This document shows positions 6,098 through 15,900 of a stretch of DNA of 25,405 nt, piece by piece (position 1 is the stretch's first letter; each line of letters opens with the position of its first letter). Origin of the DNA: a virus (taxonomy: Duplodnaviria > Caudoviricetes); the IMG/VR virus record IMGVR_UViG_3300007539_000186, positions 1 to 25,405 of that record; one strand, 5' to 3'. Made by a program: the position numbers and the translations under genes. The notes under the pieces are model-generated. The model was not told where the DNA came from. It ran no database searches and saw only the letters and a list, made by a program, of their open reading frames with translations.

Positions 6098-7237
6098 ATG
6101 GAGCAGGTAACTGAGAAAATTTTAAAAATAGACGAGTTTTTGCAGGATAGAATATTGGTAGATAAGATAGATAACAATATCTCAAAAATCGAAAAAAAAT
6201 TCATCATGTCTATTTTGACGGAGGTGGCTTTTTTTAAAAAAATGCTAAACGAGAACGAATCTTCCAGCACTTTACAACTTATTGATTCAAATTTGGAGTA
6301 TGATTCCTACAGTTTCAGAAACAACGACACAAAATACATACTAAAGATTACCGAAGACGACGAAGATGGCGTTCTTAAAAAAGAATTCGATAATCTTACA
6401 GAAATTGATGAACTGAATATATCCCCAAAAGCCCTCCACTTTGAAACCCTAGACTTTGGTAGAAAAATAGATGTTCTCATAACCTCTTTTGAACACGGCT
6501 TATGTTTTAAAGATTTATCTAGGTCGGATTTGCTTTTCAACATTAGAACATTGGCAAACACCCTGTCTTATTTGCACGAAAGCACTGTTGTTAACCAATT
6601 ACCAGAAACACAAGAATTCAAGGAAGAATTTTTTGCTTTAACAAATTACAAAGAAAACTTGCCAGAAGACAGATACCAAGGTTTGGAGAATAGCCAAGAA
6701 TTTCTCAGCCACCTACCCGTTTTGGATGCTTTAAAGCAATCAGTTAATGAAAATTTGGCGACCCTACCCAAAAACCAAATTTGTCTCAATCATACAAACC
6801 TTTTCTCTTCCAGAATAATGTATAGAGACAAAATGATTAAATTCATCAATTTTCAATATGGGAAAAAAATAGACTGTCTTTGGGATGTTGCTTTTACTAT
6901 ATATTATTTAGGTTTAAACAATAACCCTAAAAATGAAAAAGCGTTTTTAGAACAGTATTTAAAAAGTCACGATAAACTCGACATGACTGAAGTGGAGTTT
7001 TTAGAAAAAGTATCTATTTACAAAAACGCAGCCTTTAAGCTTATTTTGATTAAATTGCTTTGCAGCTACTTCTATGAAGCTATTATCTTTGGCACGGATA
7101 GGCCTTCCAAATTTGTAGAAATTGTAACTGTTTATGAAAGTATTAGAGATGATTTAGCAAAAGCTAAAGACGCCTACTTAATTCAAAGCGGGGCCATCAA
7201 AACAGTTGATGAAATTTTTAATGTTTATTTTAAATAG
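6098..7237 (+). CDS. APH/choline-kinase-fold protein with degenerate catalytic motifs (probable pseudokinase)
   Basis: Motif order YILKI...LKKEF...LITSFEHG...LSYLH...CLNHTNLFSSRI...KFINFQYG..ID..WDVA corresponds to HGDLxxxNI and IDWEY...D..xDxA. Confidence 0.7.
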   Translation: MEQVTEKILKIDEFLQDRILVDKIDNNISKIEKKFIMSILTEVAFFKKMLNENESSSTLQLIDSNLEYDSYSFRNNDTKYILKITEDDEDGVLKKEFDNLTEIDELNISPKALHFETLDFGRKIDVLITSFEHGLCFKDLSRSDLLFNIRTLANTLSYLHESTVVNQLPETQEFKEEFFALTNYKENLPEDRYQGLENSQEFLSHLPVLDALKQSVNENLATLPKNQICLNHTNLFSSRIMYRDKMIKFINFQYGKKIDCLWDVAFTIYYLGLNNNPKNEKAFLEQYLKSHDKLDMTEVEFLEKVSIYKNAAFKLILIKLLCSYFYEAIIFGTDRPSKFVEIVTVYESIRDDLAKAKDAYLIQSGAIKTVDEIFNVYFK

Positions 7238-10200
7238 TTTCGTCTACTTCAAAGAAAAAGCTTTTTAAGTTAGCTCCAGAATTAATGAGGCTAAATTGTT
7301 GATAGCCAGTCTGGTCAAACACAAACTCCATAAAGGAAACGGTCTTGTTTAGCTGTTCGGAAAAACCAGTTACACTGAAAGCCTTATTTCCCCCAATGTA
7401 AAATTCTGTGGCGTAATCTCCAGTTTCAGAATAGCTGAAGCTCCCCTTAATAACGTAACTATTATTTTCATTGCAAAATATACCTGTTTTTCCGTTAGAG
7501 TCTTGAGTGATAGATTCCCCACTTCCTTTGCATATATAAACAGTCTTAAAGGATTTAGAAAGTTCTTCCTCTTCTTGTTCTGTTGGTTCTGGAGATTCGT
7601 AGCTTATTCCTCCTAAAGCATTACCGCTGCCGTAATCATCGAAAGGGACGAGGGAAAAAACATCTTCCTCAGAAAAGTCGAATAAATCAATATAATCTTT
7701 CCCTTCAAACACTAATTCTGTTTTTAAAAACTGCTGTGAGGTTCCAGAACCTACGGATTTATAAACATCAACTTTTTTTAAATCCTTTTTAGAGTCTTCG
7801 GAAATTTCAAAGTTGATTCTAGGGGGATTAAAGTCGGCTTTTGAGATTATGGGCGCAGGATTGTTAACTTGAATTTTTGCGGTATGATGTATTTGTCCGT
7901 TTTCGTCTTTGAGTTTAAATTCTATGTCCAAATCCCTTTTTGGATATCCGAATAAATTGATATTGTTTTCATGGCTAAATCTAAACGTATTAGTTCCGTA
8001 GTTTTCTTTATAAATATCTCCATCAATGTATATATCCAAAATAGGCTTGGTGAAAATGTTATGAGCCATATCTTTACCCCTCATATCTTCCAAACTTAAT
8101 TTAAACACGTAATCTTTTGTTTGTGGAATTATAAAACCAGAACCAGTTAAACCTTCTGGAGAATAATTGTTTGTATGTTCGCCATTGATATTGACAGACT
8201 TAATTAAGAAATGGTCCCTGATTTTTGCTGGGCGCTGTATTTGAAAGCTTTCTTTTAAACTGATACTGGATTCAGGATTTCTCAAAGAAGTTACGTTTAT
8301 ATCATAATTACCCGCTACAGACAAGTTGGAAATTGAATAGTTTGTTTTGGGTGGGGAAGTTGTGGTATCTTTTAAAAACTCATGAGTAGAATATTTTCCA
8401 TTAGGGTAAATCAAGCTGACTCTGTATTTTAATTCATTTCCTCCCAATTCGCCAGAAATGGTTCCAGTAACATCGTAAGAACCGAATTGATTCTCCTCCA
8501 CAAAAGAAGTGAACCCTACTGGAGCGGGTGGTCTATTTATTGTGTGATTGGGTATCCCAACATTATATTCGTTTTCTGTTAAATCATAATCTTCTTGTTC
8601 TATATAATCGAACTTATCAAGCCTATACTCAAGAGCATTGACGTTATACTTGTTAGAGTCTTCTTCTGATATCTTAATTACTTTGAAAAAGTCAGAACTT
8701 CTATTTTCCAACTCTACATTAAAAAACGCACCTTTGATTATTCCAGTTATATCGTTATAACTTTCTTGATTTTGGTCTAGAAAAACTCTATTGAAATTAG
8801 CGCCAGTTTCTATACCAGTAATATAAAATTTAGTAACTTGTTCCTCGTCTATAGAATCTATTTGGCTTAAAGCTGGAACCCCACTGTATAAATCTCCATC
8901 TGGACCGACTTCGACTACATGATTGAAATTAATCATATCATAAAGGGATTTAACGTCTGTCTGCTCCTTGTTGTTGTAAGTATATAAACCCCCATTTTCA
9001 CCCGTTACAACTGAACCAGTTTTGAAAGACTGTTCTAAATCAAGATACCCTTGGCCTGTGTTAATATTTAAAATTCTGCCATAATTGATTTCAAAATTTT
9101 TGATTTCATCTTCTATTTGTATAATATCTCCAGGACTTAACAATGAAGCTTCGGAACCAGCTACAAAAGATATAGCTTCTGTTTCAAACTGATTACTAAA
9201 CAATATATATTTAGCCATTCTTCGTGCTTGAGATTTAGATGTGAGGCCAAAACCGCTTTGTTTATTGGTGCGCTTCCCATATTTACGCATTTTATCTTCA
9301 TCTTCTACATATTCAATTTTGATTTTATAATTGTCATTTTTGTCTAGATAAGGAACCTCAACGCTCGTATATCTTGCAGATGAAACAATATCAGCGTAAT
9401 TAAAAACACCGTCAAAAACATTGGCATTATTGAATATAGCTTGAACCCCTTTAGGCTTGTCCATTGTGAAGTTGAAAAAGCCGCCATTCCAGTATGTCAT
9501 AGCTCTGAAAAGGGAAGCTATTTCAGCGATTACCTCAAAAGCATTTTTTTGTTCTTGTAAAATAAAATTGGCGGAAAATCTTGGCTCAAGCCCTTTTGTT
9601 GAATCGGGAACACCTTCAAAATATCCATCTTCGTCAACCGCATCACAATACCTACCCAATTCGTATAGATGGAAAATATCTATATCTTCCATATCGTCTA
9701 AATAATCGCCCAGCCCATTTGTATGGTTAGTCATTATATCATACAATATCCAAGCTGGGTTATCAGTCCAAGCTAATTTAAATGAACCATCCCATTCGCC
9801 TATGTAGACTTGCTCTTTATTCTTTCCAAATTCAAAAACTGAATCTTCTTCGGTCTCCCCGTATGCGCCAATTAAAAGAGCATGATTGCCTCCGAATTTA
9901 TCTCTAAAGGCTTTCCCGCGAGGAGTTTGAATAATTGTTCCGTCCCAGTAATGGCGTAGTTGGTTGTTTATTTTTATTTTTACGTCAGTAATCTTCCCAT
10001 CATCTTTTAATTTTGATGAACCGTCGGAAGCCGCGCCAAAATATAGGTCATTACTGTCTATATCTTCATTTGTCAAGGTTCCAGAAATAGAATCTGTTAA
10101 TTCGGTTCCGCTGCTATCTTTTATAGAAATGGAGCTAAAATTACCCCTTCTGCGGCAAACAATTTCAAGAGTTTCGTTATTATAACTGGAAATATCAACC

Positions 10201-12956
10201 GAAACGATTTGACCAGAATTACAAACAAATCTCAAAATACCACTACTATCAATATAGATTCTCAGGGTATTAGGAGTGTCAATAAGATACTGAGTTTCAT
10301 TTGTAGTATCTGGAAGCTTAATTTTAAAACTTATTTCATAATTGTTTTGCCCCAATTTTACTTCATTAGGACATCTAAAATACGAAGCATCGTTAAATTT
10401 ATAGACTTCCCTTAACCCGTATTTTGAAGAGTCAAAAACAAACCTTTTATCCATGCCATTGGCAAATAAGGGTTGATAATTAGAAGGAACTAAACATTTT
10501 TTTAATCTCAACTCAAAAGTTCTATCGGGAGCTTGGTTGAAAGACCTAGCATCAATAACACTACCGAAAAGAGCGGAAAATGGATAAGTAAAATTTTGGT
10601 CTATCTCTTCTGTTATATAAGCTAATGAAACATCTCGCGATATTAAGATAGATTCGGTTTCATAAGTTTTCTTAAAAACCTTAATGTAACGATTAATATT
10701 TTTCCATTCATCGTTGGGGAATAAAGCTTCATTTATATCCAATCCATATTGGGCTGCAAGGGCTGGCGTCATATTCTCAATATCAGAAACAGTAGCATTT
10801 CTTAATTCTCTATTTTGTGGAAGGTTGACAACATTTAATTCCGCTAAATATGGTGAACTGATTACACCTTCGAATCTAAATTCTTCTTTTTTAGTTTGTT
10901 CTGCTAGATATATTTGTTTTGGGGGAATTCCTTCTATTAGGGAGGTTTCTAATCTACTCTCTGTTGTTTTATCTACATTTGGTCCATCAGTTTGAATCTG
11001 GAAAGGCGAAGAAAGGAAAAAGTCTTCACCTAATTCATAGATGCCCCTATATAAGCCGCCATCAAAATTAGAGGCGCTTCTTACAATAGAACCACTACCA
11101 GAAAGACTTAACGCCGTATCGAAATCAGCGGCTTGAGCTACTGAAAAATTTTTAATTTGCGGAAACAGGTCAGTTTCTATACCTGTATAATCCTTGCCAG
11201 AATCAACAACTATAACGTTTCTAACATTAAAAAATAAAGCTCCAACGTCCTCCGCTGTAAAACCGAAATTAGTAAGAACACTATTTCTATCTATATTTTG
11301 TAGAGTGTTAGTTTGATCTTTTAAATAAATTCCGCTACCATCTGATATGTTTCCATTATCAACCTCAGTGAAGAAATTGGGGCTTAAAAGAGATTCATTT
11401 ATGTTTAAAAATTCAGAAATTATAGGTTCGTTGGAGCCATTTAGTCCGACTTTGAATGGAGTTAATTCTGCGGCTAAAAATGATTTGTTTATGACATTTA
11501 AAAAGAATTCATCTGAAAGAGGTATTTCGTCGCCTTCGAATCCCTGAGTAACCTCAAATTCAACAAATTCTCTCAAGGTTTTGCCTATATCATCCCCCGC
11601 CTCTTCTGTATCACTAAGAGACGAAATCATAATAGTCGGAGTGGCTTTACTGATTTGGTTATTCTTAATTATATGGGTATAGCCATAAGCGTCACTGTCT
11701 TGAGGGAGGTTATTTTGCCAATTAGCATAAAGTCTGCTAGCTCTCGTATCAGTATTGCCGTCTCCATCTCTCGCGTCCCCACCAAATCTTCTAAATCTGC
11801 CAAAAAGCTGTTGATTGATATTGGCCTGTATGAAACACTTACTATGGTTTAAAAGTTTGAGTTGATATTCGGTTCCGATGGTATAATCAATAGAAGCGTT
11901 TAAATAATTAAATTGCGAATCTTCGCTCGTTTTTACAGAAACGTTAAGTTGTTCTCCTATTATAGAGCCTTTTGATGGAGAAGTTTGATTAGCTAAATTT
12001 CCGAAACAGATATCATCGCCGCTATGAATCAAAACGTCATAATTATTATCTATACCGCTTTGCAATTTGTCTTCAATATTTGGGTCATTATACGGAACTA
12101 TAAATTTGCCAGTTAAAAATTCTCCGCCAACGCCTGTAGATAAATTATCCCCTATGTAGAAGAAAATAAAGCCTCCGCCATGAAAACCAGAAGTTGGGTA
12201 GAAATCACCGACTTTATTTGCTGGCGCTCCAGAAGGGGAACCAGTTAAAAATGAAGGTGTTGTAAAAAAAACTTCACCTGGAGATTGAATAATTGTTCCA
12301 TTTTCCGCTTGAATATTTCTCTCAAAACCCCTTTTCTCTTCTCCAAGAGATAGGTTTATAGAGAATTCGGACTCATCCCTTAAATAAAGGTCTCCGCTTC
12401 CAAAAATATTCTTAGTGTCAAACTGAATAAACCCAAAATGATTGAAAAAAGACTTATTTTTATCAACGAGGAGAAGAAATTCTTCTCTGTATTGATTGAT
12501 TGAATTTATGGTTTCGCTATAGTTTCCAGATTGTCCAGGTACGCCCTCTACGGCGTTTAGGTTTGAAATGATGTTATCTATCGCATCAGACGCTTCCACA
12601 GCCGTAAACCTGTCCACAGCTTGCGTGTCGCTGTATTTTATGGGTTTGGTTATATACTCGGAAACAGAAGGTGATTTTATAGGAGTTTCATTGTAAAAAA
12701 CTGATTCTAAAACGTCAATACCCAATGCTCGTTCACCATTTTGCTTTACTGGACCATCAATTGGCCCTTCGCAAACGAGATCTAAATTACTAATATAGGA
12801 TATACTTTGGAAAATGTCTGAGGATTCGGGTGGCTTTAGATATACATTACCGCCAGCGGAACTCTTGCCTTTACCGCCGCCCCCTGCACCAGCCACCGCA
12901 TTTAGACCAAGTTGGTTTTTAATGTTTCTAGCTATCCTTTTCCTTACATTATTCAT
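7230..12956 (-). CDS. gpJ: tail tip attachment / host-specificity protein J, paralogue 2 (1908 aa)
   Basis: DLVCEGPIDG, FTYPFSA..IDARSF..PDRTFE, YIGEWDGSFKLAWTDNPAWILYD, GRYCD..EPRFS, F.NANVFDGVFNY, GLTSKSQARRMAKY and PGDIIQIED; C-terminal FN3-like segment. Confidence 0.92.
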   Translation of the reverse strand: MNNVRKRIARNIKNQLGLNAVAGAGGGGKGKSSAGGNVYLKPPESSDIFQSISYISNLDLVCEGPIDGPVKQNGERALGIDVLESVFYNETPIKSPSVSEYITKPIKYSDTQAVDRFTAVEASDAIDNIISNLNAVEGVPGQSGNYSETINSINQYREEFLLLVDKNKSFFNHFGFIQFDTKNIFGSGDLYLRDESEFSINLSLGEEKRGFERNIQAENGTIIQSPGEVFFTTPSFLTGSPSGAPANKVGDFYPTSGFHGGGFIFFYIGDNLSTGVGGEFLTGKFIVPYNDPNIEDKLQSGIDNNYDVLIHSGDDICFGNLANQTSPSKGSIIGEQLNVSVKTSEDSQFNYLNASIDYTIGTEYQLKLLNHSKCFIQANINQQLFGRFRRFGGDARDGDGNTDTRASRLYANWQNNLPQDSDAYGYTHIIKNNQISKATPTIMISSLSDTEEAGDDIGKTLREFVEFEVTQGFEGDEIPLSDEFFLNVINKSFLAAELTPFKVGLNGSNEPIISEFLNINESLLSPNFFTEVDNGNISDGSGIYLKDQTNTLQNIDRNSVLTNFGFTAEDVGALFFNVRNVIVVDSGKDYTGIETDLFPQIKNFSVAQAADFDTALSLSGSGSIVRSASNFDGGLYRGIYELGEDFFLSSPFQIQTDGPNVDKTTESRLETSLIEGIPPKQIYLAEQTKKEEFRFEGVISSPYLAELNVVNLPQNRELRNATVSDIENMTPALAAQYGLDINEALFPNDEWKNINRYIKVFKKTYETESILISRDVSLAYITEEIDQNFTYPFSALFGSVIDARSFNQAPDRTFELRLKKCLVPSNYQPLFANGMDKRFVFDSSKYGLREVYKFNDASYFRCPNEVKLGQNNYEISFKIKLPDTTNETQYLIDTPNTLRIYIDSSGILRFVCNSGQIVSVDISSYNNETLEIVCRRRGNFSSISIKDSSGTELTDSISGTLTNEDIDSNDLYFGAASDGSSKLKDDGKITDVKIKINNQLRHYWDGTIIQTPRGKAFRDKFGGNHALLIGAYGETEEDSVFEFGKNKEQVYIGEWDGSFKLAWTDNPAWILYDIMTNHTNGLGDYLDDMEDIDIFHLYELGRYCDAVDEDGYFEGVPDSTKGLEPRFSANFILQEQKNAFEVIAEIASLFRAMTYWNGGFFNFTMDKPKGVQAIFNNANVFDGVFNYADIVSSARYTSVEVPYLDKNDNYKIKIEYVEDEDKMRKYGKRTNKQSGFGLTSKSQARRMAKYILFSNQFETEAISFVAGSEASLLSPGDIIQIEDEIKNFEINYGRILNINTGQGYLDLEQSFKTGSVVTGENGGLYTYNNKEQTDVKSLYDMINFNHVVEVGPDGDLYSGVPALSQIDSIDEEQVTKFYITGIETGANFNRVFLDQNQESYNDITGIIKGAFFNVELENRSSDFFKVIKISEEDSNKYNVNALEYRLDKFDYIEQEDYDLTENEYNVGIPNHTINRPPAPVGFTSFVEENQFGSYDVTGTISGELGGNELKYRVSLIYPNGKYSTHEFLKDTTTSPPKTNYSISNLSVAGNYDINVTSLRNPESSISLKESFQIQRPAKIRDHFLIKSVNINGEHTNNYSPEGLTGSGFIIPQTKDYVFKLSLEDMRGKDMAHNIFTKPILDIYIDGDIYKENYGTNTFRFSHENNINLFGYPKRDLDIEFKLKDENGQIHHTAKIQVNNPAPIISKADFNPPRINFEISEDSKKDLKKVDVYKSVGSGTSQQFLKTELVFEGKDYIDLFDFSEEDVFSLVPFDDYGSGNALGGISYESPEPTEQEEEELSKSFKTVYICKGSGESITQDSNGKTGIFCNENNSYVIKGSFSYSETGDYATEFYIGGNKAFSVTGFSEQLNKTVSFMEFVFDQTGYQQFSLINSGANLKSFFFEVDETI

Positions 12957-12969
12957 CCTTAGTGTTATT

Positions 12970-12975
12970 TTACAC
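12970..12975 (-). promoter_or_regulatory. GTGTAA motif 13 nt before the gpJ-2 start, inside a small hairpin
   Basis: Minus strand taaGTGTAAaataacactaaggATG. AGTGT/ACACT inverted repeat spans 12961-12976. Confidence 0.45.
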
Positions 12976-15900
12976 TTACAAACCTTTTATTTCCAAATCT
13001 AAATCATTCAAATCTCCACTAACTAATTTTACCAAAATCCCGCTATTGCCAGAAAGACTGGATTCATATTGGAAAAGATTGTTTTCTCCAGTTTTAAAGG
13101 GGTTAGTCGTAAAATATACACTCTCTGAAAAACTGCCGTTATTAAAAGGCAATTCAAACCTTCCAGAAAACTGATTTAAGAAAATATCTAAAACGCAGTC
13201 CGAATTAGCGACTTCTCCGCCTATCTTAAGAACGAAATCCTGTTTTGGGATTTGAAACGAATCTGAGAATATAAATTCTCCGTTGGTGTTTGAGGCGGTA
13301 TTTAAAAAGAGGGTATTATGTATAGAATTTTTAAAATTATTTAAAATTACTGGTTCTGGGAAATTAATAGTCTCACGGTATCCTGAATTAACTATTCCAG
13401 AACCAAAGCAATCATAAGGAACAAAACTATAAAAGATTTCGCCAGTTTTTTGATGCCCAAATTCTATCTCATTTGTTTTTTGGGTTTTCAAAAATTCTGA
13501 TTTTAGGAAACTGGACTGTGAAATTTCAAAATTTGAATTTTGCCCACTATATATATCAATTTTGACAATATTGGTGTGATGTTCTATATCAACTTCTAAT
13601 TTTAAATTGTGTTGATTATTAACGGTTCTAATCTCATTAATTTCTGGAATTGGGTAGTTTATTTCAATTTCTGGAGATGGATAAATATTTCCTTTCCCGT
13701 CATCTAGAAAGCTTTGTATTTTAAAATTTCTTTCGGCGGTTCCAAATAATTGTCGTCTTTCGTCCTCCGTTATTGAAACGGGGAAATCTGAAACATCAAA
13801 AACATATCCAGTTCCACCTTGTAATAGATTGATATTGATATGAGATTTATCTTTATATGGTAAGCCATGTAAATCAATAAAATTGAAATCAATAGACAAA
13901 TCTTTACCAAAATCTTGGACAGAAGCTATATTTGAAAATTGTTCATATTTATTACCACCAATTTTAACTGAGTCAAGAAATGGAGATTCATAAATTGAAA
14001 GAGTTGGCTCTTTCGTAAAGAATTTTTCTAATTTTTCGCTGGATTCTGGATTCAATAATGAAGTCACTTCTATTTTGTATTGACCCGTTCCTATGAGGTT
14101 GTTAAATTCAAAATATGTTTGAGGAGGCGACAAAGTTGAATCTTTTTCAAAGTCCTGAGAAAAATACATACCATTTGGTTTTGTTACAGATACTCTATAT
14201 TTTTCTTCTATGCCATTTAATTCACCAGTAATCAATCCACTGAGATTAATGCTATACATATTATTTTCCCCAGTTGAAAAGGAAAAACCTTGCGGTGCTG
14301 GTGGTCTGTTAATTATATTGGAAGGCAATCCTATATTAGGAAGTTCATATAACTGATTGTTTTCCAAGCCCTCTTTTTGCTCCATAATTTGGTATTTTAT
14401 TGGGTTGTATTGTCTGCCAACTATTTCATACAAATTATCTTCGCTAGGTATGATTGATATCACTCTGTATAAATGTTCTGGATATCCGTTTATTCTGAAA
14501 TTACAGAATTGCCCCAAAACGGCAGAATCTAATTTGCCGATATCTTCATGAAGTCCATTTAGTAAAAACTCTATATAATTACCAGATTGATTTATCCCTG
14601 TAATATCTATGTTTACAATTTGGGGGGATTCATATGCAGAAAGACTCGAATCATTAATCATTAAATTATGAAAATTAATGCCAGTATATAAATCATTCAG
14701 ATTTTGTTGGTCAATAGGTGTATAAAGATAAACTCCATCACCAGTTGAAATAGAACCTGTGTCTAAAACGTTTTCAACCTTAATGGAATTGTTTGGGATA
14801 TCTACATCTAAAAGTTTCGCAGAGGCTTCTTGGAAATTTTTCAATTCATCATTGATTCCAATAACGTCTCCAGGCTCTACTATTAAGCTTTGCTGGGAAG
14901 TGCGGAAGTTCACGCTTTCGTTTTCCAGTTTATTTGTATATAAAATATATTTAGCGTAACGTCGAGCTTGCGAGCTAGAAGTTATTCCACGCGCACCTTC
15001 TTGGTATTTTATTATACCATTTTTTCTAATTGATTCTTCATCTTCAATGTATTCTATTTTTGTTTTATAGTTGTCGTCTTTGTCTTTATACTGTATCTCA
15101 ATCAGATTAAATCTTTCGTTTTTATTTAGGTCTGTATACGAAAACACTCCATCAAAAACATCTGAATTACCAAAAACAGCAGAAACGCTTTCGGGTTTAT
15201 CTGCAAAGAAATTTAACGAACCATTTTTCCAATAAGCGACACCTTGGAACATATTGCAGACCGCATTTACAAAATCGAACCCATTAAAAGATTCTTCAAA
15301 CAAGATATTGCAAGAATGTCTAGGCTCCAAGCCTCCTTTATTATCTGAAACTCCTGAGAAATAACCGCTCGAATCAACAGCGTCACAATACTTACCAATC
15401 TGATAAAGTTTAAATATATCTATATCTTCAATATCATCTTGGTAATCCCCAAGACCGTAAGAATTGTTAGTTAAAATATCATAAAGTATCCACGCAGGAT
15501 TATCGGTCCAATCTTCCTTAAATGAACCGTCCCAATCTCCCGAATAAATTTGTTTTTTAGTATCTAATTCAGAAGTTAAAAATCTTTTATCAAGACCATT
15601 ATCCTCTAATGGAAAATAATTAGAAGGAATTTGACACTTTTTGAGTCTAAGGTCATATGTTCTTTTTGGGGGGTCGGTAAATGTTTTAGAATCAAAGTAT
15701 ATAGCAGCAAGCGCAGAATTTGGATATGTGAAATTGGAGTCTATAATTTCGTTAAATCCCATAACACTAGCACTTCTAGAAACGAGTATAGATTCTGTTT
15801 CGTAAGTTTTTTTTCTGACTATTACATATCTTTTGTGATTCTCCTTTAAGAAAGGTAAGCTTTTGTCTGGATATTGTGATTGTATTTCTGAATAAGAAGG

